A DNA stretch of 64,000 nt from Antedon mediterranea. Its lineage: Eukaryota; Animalia; Echinodermata. How positions within the stretch are numbered: the stretch's first letter is position 1; every line of letters begins with the position of its first letter. The notes below the pieces were generated by a model. That model was given only the letters and a program-made list of their open reading frames with translations, ran no database searches and was not told where the DNA came from. Made by a program: the position numbers and the translations under genes. Location: the NCBI RefSeq assembly GCF_964355755.1, contig NC_092676.1:5557888-5621887 (forward strand). The letters run 5' to 3'. Positions 1-15,000 of this stretch are shown here, one piece after another.

Positions 1-510
1 AATGCAATGTGATTACTGAGGTAAATGCAATGTGATTACTGAGGTAAATGTAATGTGATTACTGAGGTAAATGCAATATGATTACTGAAGTAAATGTAAT
101 GTGATTACTGAGGTAAATGCAATGTGATTACTGAAGTAAATGTAATGTGATTACTGAGGTAAATGCAATGTGATTACTGAAGTTAATGTATTGCGATTAC
201 TGAGGTAAATGCAATTTGATTACTGAGGTAAATGTATTGTGATTACTGAGGTAAATGCAATGTGATTACTGAAGTAAATGTATTGTGATTACTGAGGTAA
301 ATGCAATTTGATTACTGAGGTAAATGCAATTTGATTACTGAGGTAAATGCAATGTGATTACTGAAGTAAATGTATTGTGATTACTGAGGTAAATGCAATT
401 TGATTACTGAGGTAAATGCAATTTGATTACTGAAGTAATTGTAATGTGATTACTAAAGTAAATGTAATGTGGTTACTGAAGTAATTGCAATAGTACTGAA
501 GTAATTGAAG
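1..510. repeat. 23-bp minisatellite (AATGCAATGTGATTACTGAGGTA)n
   Basis: About 21 tandem copies, decaying at the 3' end; starts before the window. Confidence 0.95.
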
Positions 511-1959
511 TGTAATTACTGAAGTCTGTAACTAAAATATTACTGAAACAGATTTAAAAAGCTTGATTTACAGTACTTTTAAATGAGCCTTACTTTATTC
601 TGTTATTGTATTTCACTAGACTAGGTATTTTATATTACGGTAGAACCTCTATAAAGGGGACACATTCTTGACCAAATTAACTTCTTCTTAATTAAATATT
701 CAGGAAACAAGTCCCCTTAATAGGAGGGTCCTACCATATTTATAGATATTGCTGAGACTTATTTTGAATAAATTTGCATTAATTTGATTTTTTCGGTGTA
801 GTATTATGGTAAATTTCTGTATTCACATTTTGTTTGTATTCGCACCACATAGAGTTATAGCTACACTTATAGTATGTAGTCTTGTGTGAATGGGAAATAA
901 AAAATACAATAGATGATTTAGTGTGTGTGTGCTTTGTTTGTGTTTTAGTGGGGTGATAGAAGATTTGAACCTGTACGTTGGAAGTCAATAGGAACACATC
1001 TCACTACTTTAAATATTTGATTATGATGATTATACAGTAGTGTGTTTATCGTCGTATGCCTTCTTTGATTTGACGGTTTGTAATTGTCCACGGCAATCTG
1101 GCAACAGGACATTGAACTCCCTGATCAACATAGAAACTCGTAAACACTCTTTGATCTTATGTCTGGCTGCGACAAGTACCAACAGTACTGTACTAAGTAC
1201 ATATTGTCCGCGGTGTCTGCTAAGGGGCGTGGAACTCTGAGTGTGTCGCAGCCACAGATAAACCCTTTGAAGATCACCGGAGCTCAGTATCCTGTCGATT
1301 GCCTTGGTTTGTCCAACATGTTTTTCCATCCATATCTACAATCGTCTCTCTGGTGGGGCTCTCTTCCAGTGACCAGTGTAAGATGTTAGTAAGGTACTCT
1401 ACTCACCCACTATTCAATTGATGTTATCACACTCCATATATCTCATGTACATGATAATCTTGTTTTCTTCGTGTTTCTAAGTGCGCGCTCAATGTTATAC
1501 TCTAAATCGATTTTATTACACTAGGGTGAATAGCCTTTTCTTTTTGATTTACTGTGATAATGACGTGGCACTGATTTGGTAACTATTGTAGAGAATGAAC
1601 CTCTCCAGCCTTTGCGACACCCCAATTCATGGGAAACCCATAATATTCAGGGAGCACTTTCGACGAACGAAAAATAGGAGAAAATATGTTTTAACCACTT
1701 TTAACACAGTTACTGATGATACTGATATTATTTTATTGTCTATAGTAATATAAAATGGAAATACATTTTGAAACTGGCATAAAAATATAAAAAAAGATAT
1801 ACTATAGGCCTACAAATTCAGAAAATTACAACTAAATACACAAATATACATTAATACAGATTAAAATCTTTTATCATAAAATTATTAAAACAATTAAAAA
1901 TACAATATACAATACAAGAAGAATTGCACAATGATACGTTAACAGTTCCCTATCTTGCT

Positions 1960-2290
1960 GTGAGTTTATCAAATGTATGACGTTGGCTATAAAGGTGTAA
2001 CGGGATCGGTTTATTCTAATTGTCTTAGGGACACAGAGCCTACCACTTCAGGTGATCGAATAAACTGATCATATGGGGATGACCGGCATCACCCATTATG
2101 GGCCCAAAGCAACCTGTATTGATCTGCTGTCATTATATAATTCATCCAGGCAGATTGGCATATCGCCTATAAGTTTACCAGCTCTTTTCACAATTTGATT
2201 TAGCCTTTTTTTATCTTTCTTACATAAATTACCATAGTTACAAATCAGACAGTATACACTTTGGATCATCGTCGTATTTATATGAGACAC
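1960..2290 (-). mobile_element. Decayed 3' fragment of a LINE (Rex1/Babar-like ORF2 C-terminus)
   Basis: CLICNYGNLCKKDKKRLNQIVKRAGKLIG...LDELY, followed by an HP...IRINRSRYTF-like tail. Confidence 0.7.
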
Positions 2291-2839
2291 TCCCTAATTA
2301 TTTGGGAGCCTTTTGTTCGGTCCCGAAGATTAAGGGCTCTTACGTACGTTAGGTCTTAACACTATCAAAATAGAAAATTTTGTTTATTTTATTTCTTTAT
2401 AATAAACCTGAAGCACGGTGATTAAACGGAATGATATTTTTTCCTTCGTTTCGAGTTTTTCCGTAGTACGGTATAACACTGATTTGCCAAAAGGGTCTAT
2501 AATTCCAGGTTTGATCGGCATACATCATCTCCATGTCTCATTTTTGTACATTTACTTTATTTTATTCTATTTGTTTTTTCACTATTTTAAACTGACAACA
2601 AATAATCTGTCCCTAATTAAAATCTATTTAGATTTAATTTGGACCCCGAAATAATTCATTCGAATTTTATTTTTGGCATCTTCAGGATATTGTTTTGAAG
2701 ATGGACAAAAGGAGTTGGAATATGCCTCACTTTTTTGGATTTGATTTTACGTTATCATATTTATTAAACTTTTAGTGGATGATTGTTTTATAATAAATTT
2801 GGAAACTTACTGGTACGTTCTCAGCTGAATACAGTTTAG

Positions 2840-3031
2840 TCAGCATGCAGAAAATTGTTGGAGTATAGAGGGCGCACTCTATGTTGTTGTCGTGGCCTCT
2901 CTCGCTTTTCGCGCATGCAATCTGTTATGATGAGCCAGCCAGCCGACTGACTTTTCTGGGTCTCATAAATACTTTTATTTTTGGGTGACAAAACAAACTT
3001 CTTGTTTGGTTTTTCAAGATACAAACGAAGA
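2840..3031 (+). promoter_or_regulatory. Putative TBC1D9 promoter/5'UTR
   Basis: CpG-retaining patch directly upstream of the ATG, with NRF1-like CGCGCATGC. Confidence 0.4.
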
Positions 3032-3075
3032 ATGTGGGTTCGACTTGAAGAAGTTCTTATTGCCAATGCTCTATG
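3032..3075 (+). CDS. TBC1D9: TBC1D9 coding exon 1
   Basis: [14 protein letters not shown](W); donor GTAAC. Confidence 0.92.
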
Positions 3076-6000
3076 GTAACGTTTGCACATATTATAACCA
3101 TATATTTGTATCATAGATAGAATATTTAGGCCTATCTGCGAAGCTATTGTCTGACAATTGTCTAGGCCAGCCCTATTTATTTGGCTGAAAAAAAAAGTTA
3201 CAGGTCGATAGGAATTTGTTCAGGAGGAGTTGGCTTTGATTTAACTTATTTCCAGCCTAGGCTATAGCCATATAATAGATCGCCTAGCTAGAAAACTTAA
3301 AACCTAATAGTTTATGGTGGTAATGTATGTTAACATTTTTTGTTTTGTTTTTAAAACAGTGGAATGTCGCTTATTTTTTATTAAATTTAAATTTTAAAGT
3401 AAGGCATAATAGGCCTAGGCTACACTAAAGCACTATACATGCTACCGTTTATTGCTTTCCTAGTGTTACGCTTATATGACAACCGTTTATTTAAGGGTTG
3501 CGCTTATCCAAGTTTTGTGCTTAAATCCAAGTGTTGTGCTTATCCAAGTGTGGCGCTTACAATTATTTAAGTGTGGCATTTACAGTATCTAAGTGTGGCA
3601 CTTTTCCAAGTGTAGCGCGCTTATTATTTAAGTGTGCTGCTTCTCCAAGTGTGATGCTTATCCAACTTTTGCACTTATCCAAGTGTGGCGCTTCTGCACT
3701 TTATTACTGGTGTTTAGAGTCATTCAAGCATGACTTTCGTGTGCGCTTATACCAGTGCACATCGCAGGATATCTATCTATAACATTTTGACTATTCAAAC
3801 TCGGGGTTCACAATTTTATTTATGAAAAATATAATTAAAAACCCGGACATCAATCTAAAAAATAATAATATTTTTTTTACAATGAAGACAATAAAAGTGA
3901 AATTGCATTAAATATCTTTTAGCTTTTAATGGTTATTGTTCAATATTCTATAGGGGTACCTCTGTTAAATGGTTATTGTTATAATTAATTCCTGTTTTGT
4001 GTGGATTGTGGGATTATATCCCTAATTATGCACTCATGCATAATAAACCTATTGTCTATTTTGTAAAGTGCAGATAGTATTAAAATAATAGTATCATTAT
4101 TATGCAAATGAGCCTTATACACTGTATCTGAAGAAAACAAAATGTTTTTCATGAATTCATTAACTCTCTTGAAATCAGAATTCCCTAAATAAGAATTCTC
4201 ATCAGAATTCTCTAAATCAGAATTCCCTAAATCAGAATTTCCTAAAAGTCATGATTCAATGTTTCGTTCTTTATTAAATAATCTTCACAATGCCATTTCA
4301 GTATATTATTGTTGTATTGTATCCAGGATGTATAACGTTCAAACGTCACATTAACCTTCCCAGTCATTTTAGCACCCTAAAGCTCTGTCTACACTATCAA
4401 ACTAGTGTGATGTGACCAAATATGGTAGTGATATTCCCAAATTTGGTAGTGATATGACATCATGTCCATATATGGGCACATCACATTTGGTTGTCACAAG
4501 TTTCGCAGTTATTTTAGCATCCTAAAGCTTTGTCTACACTATCAAACTAGTTGACAAAAAAAGTGTGATATGCCCAAATATGGTAGTGATCACATTATCA
4601 TGTCCATATATGGGCACATCAAATTTATATGGAGGATAATGTTCAAACGTCACATCCCCAGTATGTTGTTTGGATTATGCAGTAGTAAAAATTATTTAAT
4701 TGTATAAAGAAATGCTCAAATGCTGTTTATAAAATTCATTTAATGAAACTGTGTGTTTAAAAAAAATAAAATTATTCATTTATTCATGGGGGACGTCACA
4801 TTTGTTGTCACAAGTTCAATAGTGTAGACAGACCTTAAGTGGGGCCAATATTTACCACTGTTATTATGGATCCATTGTCCAAGATGTCGGATAATGTTCA
4901 AACGTCACATGCACTGAAAGTAAACCTCCTCAGTATTTGTTTGGATGTACTGTATGCAGTGTAGTAACAATTTGTATAAAGAAATGCACAAATGCTCTTT
5001 ATAAAATTCATTTGATGAAACTGTGTTTTAAAAAATAAAATTATTCATTTATTCATGTAAAGTTTATTGATGTTATTGTAATACATTGCCTTCTACAATA
5101 GTTCAAATGTTTATAGTTTTCATAGGTTTAAAATCGATTGTAGTTAAATACTACTAGATTCATCTTAAATATGGTGTTCGTAATAAAAATATTTGAAAAA
5201 AAAAATATAAAGAAATTAAGGGTACGACATTATACGACTTTTTAAGCGTTTTATGCTTTTTATCGTATTTTACAGTAACTTTTAACTTCCAAAAATCTAC
5301 TTTTTAAACTTAAGTTTTTGTGCAATAATATGTGTGTATTCTATTTTTTAATTTTTTTTTATAGATAATTATATCTGTTTTTAATTGATACTATACTTGC
5401 CAATCTTTAAGAAGACTTTCTATTATTATAATATTATTTTATATAATAATGAACAAATAAAGCTATTCAGTATTATTACATCCATATTATAATTATGTTA
5501 TTAATTATTATAAATTAGGATAACAGAACGAGCAAATCCATTCTTCGTGATGCAGCGGCGCAAGGGTCACGGCGGTGGTGGTTTGACGTCGTTATTTATT
5601 GGCACCTTGGATACTGTTCTTGACACCAAGCCAGCGCCATACAGAATACTTCACCAAACGCCAAATTCAGAAGTTAGCTACAGTAAGGACTTTTGTGTAC
5701 ATACTATATAGTACAGTAGAACCTCTATTAAAGGGACATCTTCAAAGTGTCCTTTAATAGGGGTGTCACAAAGGAGGAGTTCTACACTGTATACACACAT
5801 TTATATGTTAAAGCTCTGTCTACAAAAAATGTGATGTGCCCATATCAGCATGATAATGTCATATCACTACAATATTTGGGCATATCACTACCATATTTGG
5901 GCATATCACTACAATATTTGGGCATTTCACTACCATATTTGGGCATATCACTACCAGATTTGAGCACATCACACTTTGTTCACATGTTTGCTAGTGTAGA

Positions 6001-9000
6001 CAGAGCTTTATGGTTCTTGATAACACTGAAGTTCAAAAGTTTATCAGGTTAACATTTTCAAAAATTCATTAATTTTTACATAAATAGTTGTTACCACCAT
6101 TATTATTATTATTTTTGTAAGTACATTGCAATATAACATTAATGAGATATTCACAGTGATTATTTATTTAATTACTGTATGTGATACAAATCATAAAAAG
6201 ATGATTACTCCAGATATTCTCCATCAATTTTTCCATAACATTTTTTTTTTAAGTCAATCAATAATTTCAGACATGTAATATCATTTGCAATTTTTTATTT
6301 CTTATTTTCTTCTTTTTTTGAATTTCTTGATGTAATTGTTGAATTTCTTGATGTAATTGTTGAATTTCTTGATGTAATTGTTGAATTTCGTAATTGTAAT
6401 TGTTGAATTTCTTGATGTAATTGTTGAATTTCTTGATGTAATTGTTGAATTTCTTAATGTAATTGTTGAATTTCTTGATGTAATTGTTGAATTTCTTGAT
6501 GCAATTATTGAATTTCTTAATGTAATTGTTGAATTTCTTGATGTACAGTAATTGTTGAATTTACAATTTCAACAACATATTTGAATAACTTTTTTTTAAG
6601 TCTCAAAACTACTGTACTATAACTAAATTTATTAATCAAAATAAAATATTATTTCCGTAGCTGTAGCGGCAGCTATGAACAAGCGAGACATCCACGAACA
6701 ATGGGAGTGGCTGGAGCAGAATATTATGATCACCCTAGGTAAAAAAAACCTCATTATTTATTTATCTAATTAGATCAGGGAGATATGTGTATTCCCTTCA
6801 TTAAATTTTGAAATTTAAATTGTTGGCAAGGTAACGACAATTTAGTGTTCTACTTAAAGGCTTTTGTGGGATAAGAACTCACTAATTATTCAATGCTTTG
6901 CATTGGATAGTGTTAGGTTTTATGTATTATTAATTGTTAATAGCGAAGAAAGTGTATTATAAAGGTAGACGATAGTGTGATAGTACAGTAGGTATTGCTT
7001 GCTGTACGATGTGGTTTGCGTCAGATAGGAGATCTACTGACGGAGAAGACATGTGTACCGTTTTAGTCAAATCTTTCTTGGGTGAGTATATGGGCACATA
7101 ACATTTTTTTGTCGCATTAAGTTTGATAGTGGCGACGGAGCTTAAATCCCTTGCAATTACAGTATACATTATTCAAAGGGACATGTACTAGCAGTCCATG
7201 TATCAATACAATAATATATTGTTATTGGTCAGATGTTTTGATTTAGGCTTACTACTCCGACGTCAATTTTATTTTTTAAGTATATAAAGATATACTCTAC
7301 ATTCTCTCAACATGCTGCAATACAAACAAGTGTATTGGTGTTTTACTGATTGACTTTTCTGTTCTAAAAAAACATTCGTTCCTAATAGGACGCAACCCAC
7401 AAGGGGCCTAAATGCAATGAAAGTAATTTGACCAATCACAAGTAATGGGTTATCCGAACTGTTGCTTTGTCATTGGTCAACTTGCTTGCGTTGTGTGTTG
7501 CGTCCTAGTGTGAATCAAGCTTAACTAGCAATTAAGCACATGTAGCTAGTTTTTACATTTTCAACTATCCATTATGAAAAATATACTAGCAAATTACTAG
7601 TTTGCTTGGATGAATTTCGAACCATGATATTTTCATTTTTTTTTCTCTCCTTCATGTTTATTTATTAATGATATTTCTCTTATTACTCTTTTCAGGTGCA
7701 TTTGACACCGATGAAGACGTGACAAATTATGTAAAATGCAAAATTGAAAGCCTAGTGGCTAACATTGAGACCCTTGATACAGATGAAGGACTCAGAGAAG
7801 GTAGATATTTATTGCTTATGGATAATCTATGTTATATAACACCTTTAGTAGATCCTTGCCATTTGATTGGAGGATTGTGGGTCACATGATATTCAATAAA
7901 TGCTCTATTGAACCCATGTAGCTTTAAAGGTGAATTTTGTATTATGCAAATTAGTTTAGATTTTTTTTTACAAATACTGTAGAAGAAATTCTAAACCAAA
8001 ACAAATTACAAATGTTTTTTTTTTTGTATATTTTCATTCGGTGAAAGACGAAATGTTCTATTTTTATCAAGCGGTTTTACCATTGTAAACAAAACGTTGT
8101 TCGATTTTAAAATCAAGCATAAAAGACAACAGTATATGTGTTTAGACATTTGAAATAATACAGATAAAACAGAAGATATAACAGATCATAATACTGGTGA
8201 AAGGGTTGTATTGTCCCCAAAAAATATGAAAAATTGAAGATAATATAAAAATAATAAAAATAAAAATTAGACGTTCTATGGAAGTTATTCATTTCCATAG
8301 AAAAAAAAAACACAACAAAAATGATTAGACAAAAGTATATGTGTTTAGACATTTAAAATAATACACATAAACAGATCATTAAATATAGCAGCATTGTTTG
8401 GTCTAAAATAATACTAAAAAAATATGAAAAATGAAGATTAATAAAATTAGACTTTCTTTGGAAGTTATTCACTTCCATAGAAAAAAAACCCAAAAATTAT
8501 TATGTCAAAAATTATAAAAAACACTGTTCATTTTAACCAAAAAACACTGACAAACAATTGTACTATTTTTTTTTACTTAAAAAAGTTTTTTCAGGTACAT
8601 TTTTTTTTTCAGGTAAATATTTTTTTTTTCAATCCAATTTTTACATTTAAATGACATATTATACAAAAAAATGTAAACAATTATTTTTTCACTGGGACAA
8701 TATTATCTTCAAAGAATATATATTGGCTATTAAGGATAGGAAAAGAACGAACTAATGCCCTGAACAATTGAAAGTTAATAGTCTAGAATTCCTAATGACC
8801 GTATTAATAATATGTATGTACGATTCAAAATCCACTTAGCTTTCTACAACCCTCTCGTGATTAACGTCAAACCGTGGGCATTAAAAAATTGAATTATTTC
8901 AAAAATGTCATTTATTACTTTCATCAGCTTGTGCGTGATAACTTTCCAATCAAAATTATGAGATAATTATTGATATGAATTTTTATGAAATGCATTTGAA

Positions 9001-12000
9001 ATTTAAAGAGAACCAGTTGAAAAAAATATGTAATGAGTTAATAGTGTTCACACTTATTAAATTATGTTTCTATGGATGGATACAGTGTCTGTTCACACTT
9101 TAGTAGATGTTTGTCTATGAATATAGTGTCTGTCCACAATTATAGTATTTTTCTATGAATAAAGTGTCTATATGCACATACTTACTGTATGATTATATAG
9201 ATACAGTGTCTGTCCACACTTAGTACCCAATAATAATATATTGATATATATTATACAGTGTCTATTCACACTTAGTGCCTAATATTAATAATATGTTTAT
9301 ATATAATACAGTGTCTGTCCACACTTAGTACGCATAACATGTTTCTATCAGTGTTTGTCCACACTAATAGACGTTTAGAAATAGATACACAGTGTCTGTC
9401 CACACTTAGTACACATAATATGTTTCTGTGTTTGTCCACACTTAGTAGATGTTTCTATAGATATAATGTCTGTCCACATTAAGTAGTATGTTTCTATAGA
9501 TGTACAGTATCTGTCCACACTTAGTTATTAGATATTATGGATACATTTTCTATCCACACTTTTTGATGTTTCTATACACTGTCTGTTATACTTAGTAAAT
9601 ATTCTATCAATGTAGTGTCTGTCCACATTGTAGATATTTTTCTATGGATACAGTGTCTGTCCACACTATATTATTCTATAATAAGAGTATGTCTACACTT
9701 CTATTCTTATACTTGTCATGCATAAAGTTCTCTAAAATTTAGAATAAGCTAGGTGGTCGTACTCTAAAGCTTGGTTCCCACTAGAACGTAACGCAAGGAC
9801 GTAAACGCAACGCAAGCCTTTTCACCAATGACAAGCGAAGTTATAGACAGTTAGCAATCAGGCGAATAAGCCATCGCTTGTGATTGGTCAATTCACTTGC
9901 GTTGCGTTACGTCCTTGCGTTGTGTCGCTAGTGAGAACCACGCTTTACCTGTAAAGCATACAAAGGAAAGATGTATTATTATAGCTAATTTGCAATTTAA
10001 AATTAGAGAAGATTATAAAAGGTAGGAGCATATAGACAAATATGACATTTATAATTTACTAACCAGGCTATCAAAGTCAATTTAAATTAAATATTATTTA
10101 ATACAAAGTTTCTACAGTATATAGTGCTCAATTTTTATTTTCGTTGTTATTTATTATTTATTTATTTTATTTCTATGACAGTAATATTACTGTAGCCTAT
10201 ATTATTGATCGTGCTATATCATCATAATTGTATATTTACTGACTTTTCAATTCACTTTACTCCGCTACTTAATATCAGCTTAACATAATCTGTCATCACA
10301 TAATTATGATATTCCTACTCGCTAACTGTACACCCCTGTCTATGAATGGAATGATCCTTATTTTTTTACCTGCCTCAATAATCAAAATCAATATTGTTCA
10401 GCTGGGTTTGAAGCCTGTTTATATTCTCACCTGAGTGTTACACTGCTGGAACGTTGATGAAAACAATGGGAAAAAACTCCCATTCATTATTTCGTCGCAC
10501 AATAGGATAAATTAAAAGTGTCGTCATTACGCCAGTAAAACCATATTGTTGACATTTATGTGCTGTGCATAAATTTTTCAAGTTTGACTGATAAAGGGAT
10601 ATAAATATGCCTCTGTTTAGGATTAAGAAGGAGATAAGTAAGTTATGCAATGCTGTATTAGGCAAGGTTGTAATATTTTGCTAATATATTTTGTGTCTGA
10701 GTATACAATTGATTGTTATAATTTTAATAATTTAGTTACAGTTACCCACCAGCTGCTGCTGTAGATTTTAGAGTAATTGGGCTATATCATGTAAATGAAA
10801 TTATTATCAACTTCTAATCTACTTCTAATATTTTTATTAGTCTATTAAGTATTAGTAATTAAAATATAAATTATTGTATCAGGCTGTCACAAAGATTATT
10901 TCTGGCATTTACAGTTAGGCCTATTAATCTTTTCGTTTAAGTCAAGATAGTTACTAAACACACTTAAGTGAAATCTGAGGTTTTATTAATCAAAACAGTT
11001 CTTTTTTTCTTATAAATGTGGACTTTGCGATTTAAGGTTATTACTTATAAAAAATATGCATCAAACAATATTTTTCTTAAGTTAATTTTGAAAGCTGACT
11101 TGCAAAATCAATTGAATTAAAAACATAATTACAATGATTTTTTTGCTAAGCATGTTTAATAAATTGACCCTGATATCAGTCTATACAATACAATGAAGGA
11201 AGTAGGCCTACTGTAGGCCTACAGTTGATATATTTCTGTCTAGTAGGACTACTATTTGTCTAAGAAGGAAACTTGCTTTATTAATAAATTAATAACTACT
11301 TTCATTTTTGCATGCTATTATTTATTCAGGGGGACACCCCTATTAACATCCCTGGACACCCCTATAAACACCCCTGGTCACCCCTATTGACGTCCCTGGA
11401 CACCCATATTGACGTCCCTGGACACCCTTATTAACATCCCTGGACACCCTTATTAACATCCCTGGACACCCCTATTAACATCACTGGACACACCTATTAA
11501 CACCCCTATTAACATCCCTGGACACCCCTATTAGCATCCCTGGACACCCCTATTAACATCCCTGGACACCCCTATTAACATCACTGGACACACCTATTAA
11601 CATCACTGGACACACCTATTAACACCCCTATTAACATCCCTGGACACCCCTATTAGCATCCCTGGACACCCCTATTAACATCCCTGGACATCCTTATTAA
11701 CATCCCTGGACATCCTTATTAACATCCCTGGACACCCCTATTAACATCACTGGACACACCTATTAACACCCCTATTAACATCCCTGGACACCCCTATTAG
11801 CATCCCTGGACACCCCTATTAACATCCCTGAACACCCCTATTAACATCCCTGGACACCCCTATTAACATCCCTAGACACCCCTATTAATGCCCATGACAC
11901 ACCTATTAACACACCTATTAACATTTCTAGACATCCCTATTAACGTTCCTGGACACCCCTATTAACATCCCTGGACATCCCTATTAACATCCCTGGATAT

Positions 12001-15000
12001 CCCTATTAAAATCCCTGGACACCTATTAACATCCCTGAACACCCCTATTAACATCCCTGGACACCCCTATTAACATCACTGGACACTATTAACATCCCTG
12101 GAAATCCCTATTATCACCCCTGGTCACCCCAATTAACATCCCTGGACATCCCTATTAAAATCCCTGGACACCCCTATTAACATCCCTGGATACCCCTATT
12201 AACATCCCTGGACACCCCTATTATTAACATCCCTGGACACCCATATTAACATCCCTGGACACCTATTAACATCCCTGGACACCCCTATTAACATTCCTGG
12301 ATACCCCTATTAACATCCCTGGATACCCCTATTAAAATTCCTTAACGCTTAAGGAACCACTTGATATGGGGTCTTCAGTACTATTTTAAACACATTATAT
12401 TACCAACAAATGTCTTACATTTTATAATATTAATTATTATGGTTTTAAATGAAATATTCATGCAAAACTTACTTGCAAACGTTTCAACTTTGTTTTTCAA
12501 ATGTAAACGTTGCTGGGGCTTAACTTCAGATTATAAGATCAATGGTGGGATAATATACAAAGGTTATTATGATTAGTTTTTCAAGTAGCATTATCTAAGA
12601 AATTACTAGGCTTATTGCCATACAGTAGGTTAAGACACAAAAACATTTGTGGGCACGGAAAATGATTTGGGGTCAGGGGTCAAAGTTATTGCAAAAATGT
12701 TTGGGAATCATTAAGGCTGATGTTGATTTCCGATAATTTATTTTTGGGATCTCAATTGACCTTCCTGACCCCCAGTTTCTGCACACTATTAATAGATTGC
12801 TAAATCTTAAAGCTCTGTCTACACTATCAAACTTTATGTGACGACGACAAAATATGATGTGCCCATATATGGACATATGTCATATCACTACCATATTTGG
12901 GCATATCACTACCATGTTTGGGCACATCAGACTTTTTTGACAGAGCTTAAGATATCTAAAAGTATTTCCCACAGTTTCCAGTACTAATCAGCAGATCAGT
13001 ATTTTACCATTGTACACAATTACAGTTGCTTTGTGACATCTGTCATGTCTAGGTATGATGTGCGTTGATAGTGATATACCCAAATATAGTAGTGATACGA
13101 CATCATCGTGTCCATGTATGTACACATCACATTTTTTTGTCGCATACAGTTTGATAGTGTAGACAGAGCTTAAGCCTTGACATCCCACTTGCATCATCAT
13201 AATTTATTTTGTTACTTCATTAATATTTTAGAGCTAATTATTAGAAACGTAAACATTCCCTCAGGTTGTAGTCTTAATAGGCTTCATTGAGCACGACTAC
13301 AAACACCTCATTGACGAAAGGTGACCTTCATAATCCAGCTATCACGTTGTACACAGGGAAAAATTATTGTACCACGCTCCCTATACCTTACATTACATTG
13401 AATATAAACTCAATTGTTCAGTGGCTGGAGCGTGGTTCAGCTGATTGTAATATTTAAACCTAAATAATGAAGTAAAAATAAACACACATTTTAATGAGTC
13501 CATCAGGATGTCATCTTCTTTACTATGATTAATAAGAATTTGTTGTTTTATTGTAATGTACAGTTATGTTTAAATTATTTCTGTAGATTATAAATATACT
13601 AGCAATTATACCCGCCCCAGGGCGGGTTTCAAAATTAGTTTGCAGCCTTCTCAGTACATAACACCCGACGCCAGTATCTGTGTATACTCACCAACCTCCA
13701 CCCCTCTTCAATAACACCCCATACTCTATCTTAAAAACACATTCTTCCCAGTGATGGACAAATTCAATTCAACCTAAGCTTCGAATTGAGAGGAGTATGT
13801 ATAGCTACGATGGGTCTAATAATGGTTGAAGTACGTTGTAAATTGTGTAAATGAATAGGTATCATATTGGCTGATAATTAAAATATGTAATTTAGATACT
13901 GCGGTCCACCAGCCTTCTTTCTCCTTTCACCACCCCAGCCACATCAACAAACCTTAACTCCTCCCCTGGGTGATGTGTTGAAGCCGGTTCCAGTACAAAT
14001 TATGTTATTATCACTCCCAACCCATAATCCCTCAGTGGCAGTTTTCAAATATAGTTTAAAACATTCCAAACACAGTTTCGGGCATGGTGATAGGCCTACA
14101 TCCCCACCCCAAACTCCCATCCGCTTCCCAGGGATGATTAAATACATTTTCCAACAATTCTGGTGTAAGCAAAATCCTATCTCCCAACCCCACTCTCCCA
14201 CAATTGACTTTTTTTTCTTGGAGGATTGGTGATGTAGTTTGAACACAGTAACAGTAAACAACATGTGTATGTTCACACACGTATGGATGTCTGTAATGAG
14301 ACAATCCAAGAGACCGATACATAGCTGGATATGGATAAAGTACTTTGCTAAATGTGTAATTGAATAGGTGTCATATTGGTTAATGAATAAAATATGTATA
14401 TCTATATCTATATTTCCCCAAACGCCTTGCTGAGGATAATTCAAATACTGTAAAACTTTTGTAGTATATATTTTACAATTCGATAGCCTACAACCCCGAG
14501 CCCTAGCAAAAATGTGACATCACAAACCACCCCCCGCCCCCACCCCTCCCACAAAAACCCCAGGAGTCGGGGGAATTTTTTTAAATGTAGTTTAAAACCT
14601 TCCGGGTACAATTGCCATCATTTTGATACCCCATACGTATGGTTACGTGCAGAAACGGAAATTTGTATAACGAACAAACATCGAAAGTGGGGGTTTTGAC
14701 CACATTTTGGTCCCTAACATGAATCCTAGGTGGCGGATGATGTTGAAATATAGCTTAGAACATTCCCGGTACAATTGCGGTCATTTTGATACCCCATATG
14801 TAAGATTATGTGCAGTAACAAAAATTTGTATAACGAACAAACAGACAGACAAACAAACAAACAAACAGACAAACTCTCTCACTTATAATATAGATATATT
14901 TTGTTTTAAAGCGTTTCCCACTATTGTTTTGTCTTTAGTTCATATGTTGTTCTTGAGCAGTATAGGCAATTGTTAAAATAACTTAACTAATTTTTTTTCA

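Noticed and set aside
5747-6052. ORFs with LGISLPY or NMVVIC repeats (also 19777-19974, 50371-50658)
   Set aside because: Translations of the MITE's internal 21-bp repeat
10380-10620. Cluster of short hairpins and Sox/Hox/GATA-like words in TBC1D9 intron 4
   Set aside because: Stems are short and such words are expected by chance in AT-rich DNA; unsupported without conservation data
13944-14444. 166-aa ORF in the Helitron
   Set aside because: No Rep or helicase motifs; composition not protein-like
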